A DNA stretch of 64,000 nucleotides from an uncultured Thermoplasmata archaeon (GTDB lineage: Archaea; Thermoplasmatota; Thermoplasmata; Halarchaeoplasmatales; Halarchaeoplasmataceae): contig CAYWYD010000002.1 of the NCBI GenBank assembly GCA_964462425.1, positions 18,756 through 82,755 of the forward strand. The letters are read 5' to 3'. The position numbers and the translations under genes are program-made. The number at the start of each line of letters is the position of its first letter. Within the stretch, counting starts at the first letter, position 1. Shown piece after piece: positions 50,001-57,393 of the stretch. The notes beneath the pieces are model-generated. The model was not told where the DNA came from, searched no databases, and worked only from the letters and a program-made list of their open reading frames with translations.

Positions 50001-50971
50001 ATGAACCAGGCTCCACCGCCGATGATCTGTGAATCCATCTCTCCGTGGAGTTGAGGTTTGAGATTAGGGGAAATGTAGTAAACATCTTTCTCGTGAGCTA
50101 TCCTTTGGAAAAGGTTCTTCAATTCAGTTCTTTTCATTTCCATCATAGAATCGATACTGACGGTAAGCCGGTGGAATCCATCTTCCTTGTCTACAGAGCT
50201 CACGATGCGGTGTTGTTCCGATAAAATTTCATTCTTTATGTTGTAAAGTGATCGTTTATCGTCTCTAGATCTTAAACTTATATCTATACCGCCGAGAACT
50301 TCCTCGGGATCGACCATATCTTCTTGGGGACTTTTCGATTCGATGAATTTTTCTAGATTGGGACTGTTCGAGTAGATGAAGTTTTCTATATCGGAATCCA
50401 GTTTATAAGCGGGCTGGTATACTCCGACCCAGTCTACGAAATCCAAAGAACGAAGATCATCGGCTTCGCTCGGGGTCATGCTCACCTCATACGCGTAATT
50501 GGGTACGTAATTGATTATATCCACTCCGTTTTCTTCTAGGGTGTTTCTCCATTCTGGATGTACGGGCCCAAGAGTGTGGACCACGTAAAGACCCTCTGTT
50601 CCCTCTTCGTAACCCTCGATCGTGAGATCGGAGTCCAGAGCTGGACCTTGATCTATATCGAAGTTGTGACCCTTGACAGTGATCTGATCACGATTCGGAA
50701 GATCGTTAACATCCATCCCGGTACTGTCGATCTTTTCGATGGTCTTTTCGTCGGCTTCAATCAGCACGAAGCTCTCATATCTTTCCAGTATGTCCATATC
50801 AAAGCGATTCAATTCCGAGATCTCTTTCCCGTCGGAGATCTGGACCCTTACTATTTTTTCTTCGGTATTTCCAGACGTTTTGAAGGCACTAATACCTGAA
50901 ATCAATGTAGACAAGACAAGTAGAAACATACACAAAACAACCACAAATTTTAAAGTTCTTTTTTTTATCAT
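44027..50971 (-). CDS. Giant membrane-anchored surface protein: subtilisin-like serine protease + beta-sandwich/LamG-like + FN3-like + 10 Ig-like repeats + TM + acidic tail
   Basis: The ORF is open to 51019 (2,330 aa). Met at 50971 gives the signal peptide MIKKRTLKFVVVLCMFLLVLSTLISGISA. The S8 triad is AIADTG (Asp, 49853-49855), HGHGTHT (His, 49736-49738) and SGTSMSNP (Ser, 49139-49141), with oxyanion Asn in SAGNDG. The C-terminal TM is AAYWWLLVLIAVIITSALAFIL, followed by a 110-aa Glu/Asp/Pro tail. Confidence 0.9.
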   Translation of the reverse strand: MIKKRTLKFVVVLCMFLLVLSTLISGISAFKTSGNTEEKIVRVQISDGKEISELNRFDMDILERYESFVLIEADEKTIEKIDSTGMDVNDLPNRDQITVKGHNFDIDQGPALDSDLTIEGYEEGTEGLYVVHTLGPVHPEWRNTLEENGVDIINYVPNYAYEVSMTPSEADDLRSLDFVDWVGVYQPAYKLDSDIENFIYSNSPNLEKFIESKSPQEDMVDPEEVLGGIDISLRSRDDKRSLYNIKNEILSEQHRIVSSVDKEDGFHRLTVSIDSMMEMKRTELKNLFQRIAHEKDVYYISPNLKPQLHGEMDSQIIGGGAWFMDDEEETNTTLDPEPREGDPSDPYRKYQDYGAYINQLGYDGEGVTIAIADTGMGDGTVGDAGHPDLKGRVVGGYGFGDDPDYWRDVHGHGTHTTGSAAADGYHGTGETFEFGNYTKAQGLAYESELFSAKIFDDEGNFLASDDYYSIVEEPAQQSHAYIHSNSWGSSSRGAYEESDEIFDQAVRDADRDSAENRPMVITASAGNDGARGETTTGSPGNAKNIITVGATQTYNPPDGFENAENIAGFSSRGWTEDSRVKPDVTAPGEGIYSLTPPSIEEEGYQTMSGTSMSNPAVAGAASVVVDWYRENYGERPSPAMVKSILINTANDLNENISNTRGPVPNQDEGWGSVDLSKLQYPMEESTPFTFQDQNTLLQTGEEQEYVIAPDDNSKSLNITLTWTDKNALEGDSENGARVLKNDLDLEVITPDGETYRGNAFNKTGGTQSDTGYTFPGTEAMSIFDNNTDGWDNVNTVENVYLPPEKVEAGAYTVRVIGRDIPADANNDGTANQDFALTCHNTRMPSDGVIYTDSKRYAGEDTVELTAVDWDLQDQSSYSEVGISSDSDPSGFNVTLTGATDSQELTVEVDISQNSTSGDVLEVSDGDYITAKYWDEDIGDGSGKMKSYKAYVDAANPEPAQRFNVDWWSPHRIPVWEDNVTDGSDYTNGTSHENASTWAMRSHDSVIGTNSWDWGDGWFNKSADEGMKSWLTSPGIDVPEEDPRQMGIEFTFQHWRDFGDPLLYDGGNLKMSTQGPNGPYEIIEPEGGYDGKVLENHDNPLGGQPAWGGEVGWETATFDLSDYNGETVHFRWEAGTEAWHDQDDDHLQGEGWRIDQLALNEIVQGTDHNRLTWTASPNDKDVAWDDPTGHLAQYNIYRSSDKSGPWDSSNLLDTVRADRSDRYVYTDTDAGEEDTTRWWYVIRGEKDVGNEEMNEITVAEPGGPSLLIDSPGEGDIFTDDEVTVEWTGSTNISSYEIRLDEKTPIDKGSSTQHTFTGLSEGSHKVSVTGFTADEVAYEDVKFMVDMTSPQLDILSPGDGTYVNESEVMIEWDGSDDISGIDHYEVRVDGSSWTDVGEDTFYLLSGDGHNETYQVEIRAHDKASFTTTSMTNFTLDLMDPLVNIQFPMKNGWAGEDMTAEWYGLDEVSSLDHYSVRIPEDSRYQHWIDVGTDTEHEFLGLEGGEEYTLQLIATDNAGNYNMTSSKFSVDPEPPHVDILYPSLENETDENETDEYPIIGKNDVDVVWSRADQYSGLSHIDVKLDNESWTEDIGVPSSYTFSDLSDGLHTVKVRVTNNARLQTNDTVTFMVDTSPPSLEITSPDQKSTYTTDNVTVEWEGSDDYSGIEGYAVRLNQESWIDAGLETQYTFEDLEAKEHYVEVRAKNNAGYSKTKSVTFTVDPANPIVNILSPDQDELFADDEVTVKWEGRDERSGIDHYEVRLNEDTWENVGSSQLYTFKSLVDGENSVEVRAYDIAGNQETTGITFTVDTTAPELDIISPEQNKIYDKESITATWSGNDETSGIVSYEVRLNQGDWIEVDGTEYVIENLEDDHYILKVRGTDEAGYSSVEEIGFTVDTTSPVLSIDTPESNQIYDKDTILVRWSGTDDTSGISYYQVKLGEDDWIDVGKETEHEFSSVEDGEPTITVRAEDEAGNSNEDEVQFIVDTELGELNIDYPAMDQELPATMFPSSRSVPVEWSGESSPTDIVNYKVRINEGSWIELSENITHYTFEEVPEGEHQVEVQAIDEAGNIKIDTVQFTVDIELGELNIDQPEVDQELQADIFSSSRSVTVDWSGEAYPADNVTYKVRIDRGPWIDVGSDTTEYTFEDVSEGEHTVEIRAEYAEGNDEYELTEEVNFEVSPGFVAAYWWLLVLIAVIITSALAFILRRRKKEEEETPGPEEEPGGNELGEEGWEEEEMLYGGSGEDEAPPSSEAPSEEPLEGEEEIFEDEQLEDEEEEIFDNDQPNDEEESPPPPPPESSESAEDILGDLEDLEEE
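44441..47191 (-). repeat. Ten in-frame tandem modules of about 92 aa (about 275-290 nt), Ig-like
   Basis: Recurring consensus D-x-x-x-P-x-(L/V)-x-I-x-S-P ... V-x-W-x-G-x-D-x-x-S-G-I-x-x-Y-E-V-R-L ... W-x-D-V-G ... Y-T-F-x-D-L ... V-x-V-R-A-x-D-x-A-G-N ... F-T-V-D. The last two modules (about 44441-45020) are the most similar to each other at DNA level. Confidence 0.85.
48950..49897 (-). other. Peptidase S8 (subtilase) catalytic domain within the giant ORF
   Basis: Asp/His/Ser motifs as listed for the giant ORF, spanning approximately residues 375-690 of the 2,330-aa ORF numbering. Confidence 0.85.
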
Positions 50972-51104
50972 TACAACCAACCTACATTGCAACCTTACTT
51001 TTCTCTCTTTGAATTTCAACCAAAATCATGCCTAATATATTTTTGGAAGGGATTTGATAGGCTTGTTAGTATCTGTTGTTTTACTCTTTGTTTGTTGGCC
51101 CTGA

Positions 51105-51290
51105 GCATTCCGAGTTCTAGAGACGAGAAGGCTTTTTTTTTTTTGATCACAGGCGACAGATGTTGAAGAAGGGATAGGACTCTTCGATTTCAGCCACAGG
51201 TACAGAGTTTTCTGATTATGTGAGATGCCCGACGAGATAGAAGGTAAAGGAAAGGCGCTGTGCTCGATGTGTTATTACAATTTCTACCTA
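51105..51290 (+). pseudogene. Degenerate remnant of the purC 5' region
   Basis: 51160-51290 aligns with 52160-52290 of intact purC. One identical 19-mer, AGATGCCCGACGAGATAGA, is shared. The remnant translates FDFSHRYRVF*LCEMPDEIEGKGKALC against FEFSDRYSVFDYGEMPDEIDGKGEALC, with an in-frame stop, and a T13 run (51132-51144) interrupts it. Confidence 0.7.
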
Positions 51291-51342
51291 CTAATGAGAG
51301 TTTTCCATGTTGCACCATTGTTCAACTGCGAAATAATTAAAT

Positions 51343-51639
51343 ATGCCCTCTATAGTGCAACCGATGATGCCTGATGAAAAATTAGCTAGGGCGATCAGAT
51401 CTAGAAAAAGAAGGAACATCTTGCAGATGCTTTGCAATAAAGAGAAGATGTCAGTCCACGAAGTCGCCGATGAATTGGACCTGACAGAATCTTCCGCTTC
51501 AAAGCATCTTAAACTTCTGTATGATATGGGTTTGGTCGAGTATGAGAAAAAACCCCCAGAGAAATACTACTCTTTGAAGATAGAAGAGATAAAAGAGATG
51601 TTCGAGATCTACAACAAAGTTGTTGAAAAGATAGAATAG
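51343..51639 (+). CDS. ArsR/SmtB-family winged-helix transcriptional regulator
   Basis: 98 aa. RRNILQMLCNKEKMSVHEVADELDLTESSASKHLKLLYDMGLV is a typical ArsR HTH. Confidence 0.75.
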   Translation: MPSIVQPMMPDEKLARAIRSRKRRNILQMLCNKEKMSVHEVADELDLTESSASKHLKLLYDMGLVEYEKKPPEKYYSLKIEEIKEMFEIYNKVVEKIE

Positions 51640-52113
51640 GTGAAGAATATGAAAGCTGTAATAATAATGGGATCGAAGAGCGATATGGATTGGTCAGAGC
51701 AGATAGCGGATACGTTGAGTGAACTCGGGATAGAGAGCGTTATGAGGATAGCTTCAGCCCACAAGGTGCCGTCAAAAGCCATCGATATAATAGATGAGTA
51801 CGAAGACGAAGAGCTAGTTTACATAACCGTAGCGGGGAGGAGTAACGCACTGAGTGGATTCGTCGATGCCCAAACGGAGAAGCCCGTTATAGCGTGTCCG
51901 CCTTACAGCAGTAAATTCGCCGGTGCCGATATATTTTCAAGCTTAAGGATGCCTTCTGGAGTTTGTCCTATGGTCGTCATGGGAACGGAGCAGGCAGCTC
52001 TAGCTACAGCGAAGATGCTCGGTCTGACCGATGAAGAACTACAGGAACGGATCAAAGAATATCAGGAAGAAAACAGGAAACAGATAGATGAAGACGATAA
52101 AGAGGTAAGATAA
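51640..52113 (+). CDS. purE: N5-carboxyaminoimidazole ribonucleotide mutase / AIR carboxylase
   Basis: 157 aa. Contains IIMGSKSDMDW, ASAHKVP and AGRSNALSG. The start is GTG 51640 or ATG 51649. Confidence 0.85.
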   Translation: MKNMKAVIIMGSKSDMDWSEQIADTLSELGIESVMRIASAHKVPSKAIDIIDEYEDEELVYITVAGRSNALSGFVDAQTEKPVIACPPYSSKFAGADIFSSLRMPSGVCPMVVMGTEQAALATAKMLGLTDEELQERIKEYQEENRKQIDEDDKEVR

Positions 52114-52114
52114 G

Positions 52115-53077
52115 ATGGGAAGTGTGAAGGACTTAGAGGTGATAGAAGAGCCTACTGAAGACGAAGAAGGTGTAGGCGTTTTCGAATTCAGCGACAGGTA
52201 CAGCGTTTTCGACTATGGCGAGATGCCCGACGAGATAGACGGCAAGGGAGAAGCTCTCTGCTTGATGGGGGCTTACAATTTCAGGATGCTGGAAGAGAAG
52301 GGGATCAAAACTCACTTTTTGGACCTTGAAGACAAAAACAGGATGAAGTTCAAGCTGGTAAATGTGATCACGGACGAAGAACCTGAAGAATACAAAAATA
52401 TGATGGTCCCTTTGGAGATCATCTATAGGAACTATCTGGGCGAAGGTAGTTCCGTTTTCAGAAGACTAGACAAAGGAAAGATAGATCCAGAAGATCTAGG
52501 TCTGGACGGTTATCCCGAAGTGAACAAAGAGTTGGACCCGCCGATAATAGATTTCAGTACGAAGTTCGAGAAGTTCGACAGGTACTTCAAGAACCTGGAT
52601 GAGGTCAAAGAACATACCGGATTCGACGATGAAAAAATAGACCTCATAAAAAGGAAAGCGATCGAAGTCAATGATTTCATAAATAAAAGAGCAGAAGAGT
52701 TGGGTTGGATACATCTAGACGGCAAGATGGAGGTTGCATTGGACAGAGACGGAGAACTGATGTTAGGGGATGTACTAGGGACTCTAGATGAGGACAGGTT
52801 TGAATACGATGGATTCAAGCTCAGCAAGCAGATGTTGAGGAATCATTACAGGGGAGGGGAATGGCACGAGCGGATCGAAGAAGCTAAGGAAGAGGACCTA
52901 CCGAAGGATGAATGGCCAGAACCTCCTCGACTGCCGGAAAAGTTGGTCGATTTTGTCTCTGACATGTACAAAGCCGCCGCGAACGAGTGGACGGGAAAAG
53001 AGCATTTTGACGTGAAAAATCTCGATGAACTGATTGAAGAGGATTACGAGGAACTTAAGGATGAAGGTCTCATCTAG
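52115..53077 (+). CDS. purC: SAICAR synthetase
   Basis: 320 aa. Contains GVGVFEFSDRYSVFDYG, LEIIYRNYLGEGS and DGKMEVALD. Confidence 0.85.
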   Translation: MGSVKDLEVIEEPTEDEEGVGVFEFSDRYSVFDYGEMPDEIDGKGEALCLMGAYNFRMLEEKGIKTHFLDLEDKNRMKFKLVNVITDEEPEEYKNMMVPLEIIYRNYLGEGSSVFRRLDKGKIDPEDLGLDGYPEVNKELDPPIIDFSTKFEKFDRYFKNLDEVKEHTGFDDEKIDLIKRKAIEVNDFINKRAEELGWIHLDGKMEVALDRDGELMLGDVLGTLDEDRFEYDGFKLSKQMLRNHYRGGEWHERIEEAKEEDLPKDEWPEPPRLPEKLVDFVSDMYKAAANEWTGKEHFDVKNLDELIEEDYEELKDEGLI

Positions 53078-53131
53078 GTTTTTAAGACGGAGCACCACAC
53101 GTTTATATAATATCCATAAACTCTAGGACCC

Positions 53132-53395
53132 ATGGATTATTTCACCATCATCGGATTGGCTGCTGCAACATGCACCACGATCTCGTTCCTACCTCAGGCG
53201 GTCAAAGTGATAAGGACTAGGGACACGAGAAGCCTCTCCTTACCTATGTATATCATCCTCACCACCGGTGTGCTGCTGTGGTTGACCTACGGGATTCTTG
53301 TAAACGATATTCCCGTGATAGCGGCAAACCTTGTCACATCTGTATTTTCCATCATCATATTAGGAGCGATAATATTCTACAGGTATCGAGGATAG
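53132..53395 (+). CDS. SemiSWEET (PQ-loop) 3-TM sugar transporter
   Basis: 87 aa with three TM helices and the PQ motif in TM1 (ISFLPQAVKVIRTRDT). Confidence 0.75.
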   Translation: MDYFTIIGLAAATCTTISFLPQAVKVIRTRDTRSLSLPMYIILTTGVLLWLTYGILVNDIPVIAANLVTSVFSIIILGAIIFYRYRG

Positions 53396-53446
53396 TCAGA
53401 TAAGTCTTACCTCACATTGATCTGGGAATTAATGTAGTTCATCTTC

Positions 53447-53911
53447 TCACTGATCACATACTTTTCTCACGTGCTTTAAAAGCCCCTCTTTTCCTTCCTC
53501 GTCTACGTAACCTTCACCTTTGAACATGACGCGCCCGTCCTCGTCCAGCAGGAATACATAACCTAGGCTTTTATCCTCAATCTCCAGCGTTTCCTTGAAT
53601 TCCGATGCGCTACCGTAATGGGTGACCACGCTGTCGTGCTTTTCCTCCGGTATGCCGGATTTCATCCCACTATCTATGAATCCAGAAAAAACTTTCCAGA
53701 AAGAACTCTCGATCACCGGCAGTTCATAGGCTTCTTTACCTTCGCACAGCTCTTCAAAATAGTTCATCCATGAATCCAACATCTCCTGTGCTTCTCTCTT
53801 GAAAGCTACCGCGACCAGGATCGCCTCTCCTTCCGCGTCATCGGGAAGCGTGACTTCCTTTCCCGAGAGAGATTCGCCTTCTATTTTTGGGAATATCCTT
53901 CCTTCTATCAT
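53447..53911 (-). CDS. Thioredoxin-fold (AhpC/TSA-like) protein without an obvious catalytic Cys
   Basis: 154 aa. FPKIEGESLSGKEVTLPDD...ILVAVAF resembles the peroxiredoxin N-terminus, but the peroxidatic Cys position is not conserved. Confidence 0.3.
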   Translation of the reverse strand: MIEGRIFPKIEGESLSGKEVTLPDDAEGEAILVAVAFKREAQEMLDSWMNYFEELCEGKEAYELPVIESSFWKVFSGFIDSGMKSGIPEEKHDSVVTHYGSASEFKETLEIEDKSLGYVFLLDEDGRVMFKGEGYVDEEGKEGLLKHVRKVCDQ

Positions 53912-53970
53912 CTAGATCTCCCTCTACAGTGGATCATCTCTTTGAAACTATATTAATTTAACCGGCCTGC

Positions 53971-54873
53971 TTAATCACGGTAAAGCACTCTTTTCAGATA
54001 CACTACTAGGATAGGAGCGAAGACGAAACCGAGCACGATGGGGAAGCTTGCCTTCTGCCCGAAAAGGGAAACCGCCAGGATGATCGCCAATCCACCATTT
54101 TTGAACGAGGCGAAAAGAGAGTAACTTTTCAACTTTCCCGAAGTAACCTTAAGTTTTTTTCCTACCAAGTAGACTAGAGAAGCCAATCCCACGCTTCTTA
54201 TCGCCGCGATGAACAAGATGGGGAGGAGAAGGTCGGTCTCCGTAAAAAAGAGATGTCTATTCGCTCCCACCGCCCCGAGTATTATTATGAAGAATCCAGT
54301 GTTGACGATCATCTGATCGTGTTCTTTATCATCGTAATCTATCTTGAGCAGAAATCTAGAGATGATAACCGGAACGATTATCAGTATTATCAGGTTACGA
54401 AGTATAGGCCAGATACCGACCTGTTGGCCGAACAGTAACAGGAGGACCGCGGGGACGATCAAAAGAGAGGAAAAGTATAGCAGAGCGCTTGACATAAGGG
54501 AGAGTTCAGTATCGCCCTCAAGCATGCTCGTGAACGGTATGACCGCGATAGCGGAGGGCACTACCGCAAGAACAACAAGGCCCTGGATGAGCTGGATATC
54601 GTCGAACAGGAGGTAGGATAAAGAGATCAGCGTTACGCTCAAGAGACCGTAGTTGAGCAGAAAAACGGTAAAAAAGTCGCCTAGATGTTTTTTCAAACTC
54701 CTTAATTTTTTGAATTTCACCTCCCTAGTCGATAGCGACATGATGACTAGAAGAGAGATCATGGTGATCTCGTCAGAGTATCTCGGGTAACCGCCCAGTA
54801 TAAGGCCCAGGAACATCGCCAGGAAGGCCATCGCCCCGTAGCTGTACGGGATCCGGAGTATCTTCTTGAACAC
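53971..54873 (-). CDS. Polytopic transporter, BASS/ACR3-like size and topology
   Basis: 300 aa with about 9-10 TM. The assignment rests on topology and size only. Confidence 0.3.
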   Translation of the reverse strand: MFKKILRIPYSYGAMAFLAMFLGLILGGYPRYSDEITMISLLVIMSLSTREVKFKKLRSLKKHLGDFFTVFLLNYGLLSVTLISLSYLLFDDIQLIQGLVVLAVVPSAIAVIPFTSMLEGDTELSLMSSALLYFSSLLIVPAVLLLLFGQQVGIWPILRNLIILIIVPVIISRFLLKIDYDDKEHDQMIVNTGFFIIILGAVGANRHLFFTETDLLLPILFIAAIRSVGLASLVYLVGKKLKVTSGKLKSYSLFASFKNGGLAIILAVSLFGQKASFPIVLGFVFAPILVVYLKRVLYRD

Positions 54874-55000
54874 GACTTCGGAATCGAGTTTCCTTACTAT
54901 TTTAACTTACGGTTAGGATCGATGTGGTTCTAAACTCTGCGGGTGATCTATGATATGATTTCATTAATTATAAAAACAAAAAACCACATAACCTGAGTCG

Positions 55001-56227
55001 ATGGGTGATAAAAGTCCTCGTGAAAAGAAGTTGCTGGTCTATCTTCTTGGGTTCATGGGATTCTGGGTCATGGGCGACAACTACGCCGCTGCGCCTATAC
55101 TCGTGGACATAGCTGCCGATTTCAATGTCGGTATCGGGACCGCGGCCATGACCGTGACCGCTTACATGTTACCTTTTGGCTTATTCACCATCCTTTTCGG
55201 CCCTCTAGCGGACAGGTTCGGCAAAGTTAGAGTGATAACGACCGCGGCTTTGGGGACCGCGATATTCAGCAGTCTCGCCGCTGGCGCTTTCAACATCTAT
55301 TCTTTAGGCGCTTTGAGAGCCGTGAATGGAGCTTTCGCCGCCGCTATATTACCTGTAACGATCTCTTTGATAGGTGACGTTTTCGAGGAACCTAAATCCA
55401 AGATGAACTCTATCGGTACGGTCATGGGTATGTATTTTCTCGGTGCGGCAGCAGCGACAGCGATAGGCGGCGCGCTTTCTTTTCTGGGTAGCTGGAGGAT
55501 CGTTTACTTGTCCTACGGTCTGGCGGAATTAGTCCTGGTCGTATTGTTATACAAATTTTTGACCTTCGAAGAGGGGACCATGGACAAGCTCAGTTTCCGG
55601 GAAGCCTACGGCGACGCGATCTCACATCCTCAATTACTGAAGACGGTCTCACTTCTCTCCCTAGTAGGATTCGCCGTGTTCGGAAGCTTCACTTACCTTG
55701 GAGATTACCTGGTCGAGCAGACCTCTTATAACATATTGGTGGTCGGGCTGATCCTGACTCTCTTCGGTCTCGCCGCATTCACCGGTGGAAGGAGGGCGGG
55801 AACACTCAAGAAGAAGATCGGGGCTAAGATCCTTCTCATAGCGGGTATCCTCGGTTTCGTTTCTCTCCTTATCGTTAGCTACTGGATAGGGATCTACTTT
55901 GTACTTCCCGCACTCTTCGGATTCGGCCTGGCCTTCGTGATATTACAGGTCACCATCATCACTACGGCCCAGCAGTACCTTCCCGAGAAACGGGGCACGG
56001 TGATGTCCCTCGCATCTTTCAACATGTTCATCGGCGGCGCAGTAGGCATCTTCATCAACAGATCGATATTGTCTCAGTTCGGTTACAGAGGATTGTTCAC
56101 CGTCGCCGCCATCGCTATCTTTACCGTCGGGATACTCGCTTTCCTTATAATAGGTCTCTTCTCCAAGGAAGAGTGCTCCGCGATAGACTGCCTGGTCCGG
56201 CTATACAAGAAATTGGAGCCTAGATGA
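55001..56227 (+). CDS. MFS transporter
   Basis: 408 aa with 12 predicted TM. The loop 2-3 motif is GPLADRFGKVRV (G-x-x-x-D-R-x-G-R/K-R/K). Confidence 0.8.
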   Translation: MGDKSPREKKLLVYLLGFMGFWVMGDNYAAAPILVDIAADFNVGIGTAAMTVTAYMLPFGLFTILFGPLADRFGKVRVITTAALGTAIFSSLAAGAFNIYSLGALRAVNGAFAAAILPVTISLIGDVFEEPKSKMNSIGTVMGMYFLGAAAATAIGGALSFLGSWRIVYLSYGLAELVLVVLLYKFLTFEEGTMDKLSFREAYGDAISHPQLLKTVSLLSLVGFAVFGSFTYLGDYLVEQTSYNILVVGLILTLFGLAAFTGGRRAGTLKKKIGAKILLIAGILGFVSLLIVSYWIGIYFVLPALFGFGLAFVILQVTIITTAQQYLPEKRGTVMSLASFNMFIGGAVGIFINRSILSQFGYRGLFTVAAIAIFTVGILAFLIIGLFSKEECSAIDCLVRLYKKLEPR

Positions 56228-56311
56228 TCTTGAGGAGGAGAAAAAAGAACTCGACAGATTATAATAGGAAGAGTATCTGATGTATGTCGGATCAGCGATG
56301 GAGTCAACAAC

Positions 56312-56884
56312 ATGAACGAAATAATCCTGCACGCGGACGGTGCCTACCGCGGGAAAGACGGCGGCGTAGCGTCCTACGGTTACCTGGTGAAGAGAGGTCC
56401 TAAGACGGTAAGGGAAGATTACGGGATGCTTTTGGACGAAAGAGCGACCAACAATTACGCCGAGTACAAAGCGGTGATAAAGGGGTTGAGATGGATAAAA
56501 AGATCCGATCTAGAATTTGAAGAACTCGTGATCAGATCTGATTCCCAGCTGGTCGTCAAGCAGGTCAACGGCGAATGGTCGGTCAACTCCGATAACATGA
56601 AAGACCTGTACAGAGAGGTCAGGGGGCTCATAGAAAATTTTGAGGAAAGAGGTATATCCGTGAAAGTGGAGCACGTCGGTAGAGAGAACAACGTTGAGGC
56701 GGACGAACTGTCGCAGCAGGCTTTAGAGGACCATTTTCTAGCGCAGAAGTTGAAGAGCGATGAAAAGAAGAGGTGCCCCGAGTGCGGCGAAGAGATGGTG
56801 GTCAGAGAGGGCGAGTACGGAAAATTTTGGGGCTGTTCCGGATACCCCGACTGCGATCACACTGAAGAGTATGAAGAAGACTGA
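56312..56884 (+). CDS. rnhA: RNase HI fused to a C-terminal topoisomerase-type C4 zinc finger
   Basis: The DEDD pattern is LHADGAY, NNYAEYKA, IRSDSQL and NVEADELS. The C-terminal RCPECGEEMVVREGEYGKFWGCSGYPDCDH matches the zf-C4_Topoisom pattern. Confidence 0.75.
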   Translation: MNEIILHADGAYRGKDGGVASYGYLVKRGPKTVREDYGMLLDERATNNYAEYKAVIKGLRWIKRSDLEFEELVIRSDSQLVVKQVNGEWSVNSDNMKDLYREVRGLIENFEERGISVKVEHVGRENNVEADELSQQALEDHFLAQKLKSDEKKRCPECGEEMVVREGEYGKFWGCSGYPDCDHTEEYEED

Positions 56885-56927
56885 GAAGCACCAGTTTTTA
56901 ATACTTTGATACTTCTTATTTAGAGAT

Positions 56928-57266
56928 ATGAAAGATCGAAGGGTGATCATCGGAACTTTAGTTGGAGCAGTACTTGGTGTACTGTGCATAGTAGGAGTCG
57001 GAGGGAGGATCGGTTTCGAGGGCAACGAGATGTTCTTGTTCGGGATGTGGTACAACAGAGTCGTGATGGGACTTTTGATCGGTTTCGCTTCCGGTTTGAA
57101 GATCATAGATTCCGATAAAAATTTCATCCCGCGGGGACTTCTGCTCGGTCTCGTCGTTACTTCAGCTATCACGTTCACCAGCGGGTTCAGAGATTGGCCC
57201 AGTTTCTTCGCAGGTCTAGCCTATGGCCCTGTGATAGATTGGGCCGCTACCAGATACGGAGAGTGA
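56928..57266 (+). CDS. Hypothetical small membrane protein (3-4 TM)
   Basis: 112-aa Gly-rich hydrophobic ORF in the intergenic gap. I recognise no family. Confidence 0.4.
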   Translation: MKDRRVIIGTLVGAVLGVLCIVGVGGRIGFEGNEMFLFGMWYNRVVMGLLIGFASGLKIIDSDKNFIPRGLLLGLVVTSAITFTSGFRDWPSFFAGLAYGPVIDWAATRYGE

Positions 57267-57393
57267 AGATAAGAAGATATGAAATAATAATCTTTATAAA
57301 TACTAAGTGAATGATTCAAGTCGATGAGGAACATAGGTCTAAAAGATACTATAGAGGCGGTATAGTGAAGAAAAAAGTGCTTTATACTGGTTC

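Noticed and set aside
51132-51144. T13 homopolymer considered as a terminator.
   Set aside because: No plus-strand gene lies upstream of it. It sits inside the purC remnant, so I interpret it as an indel or slippage tract within decayed sequence. It might be part of the giant gene's upstream region on the other strand.
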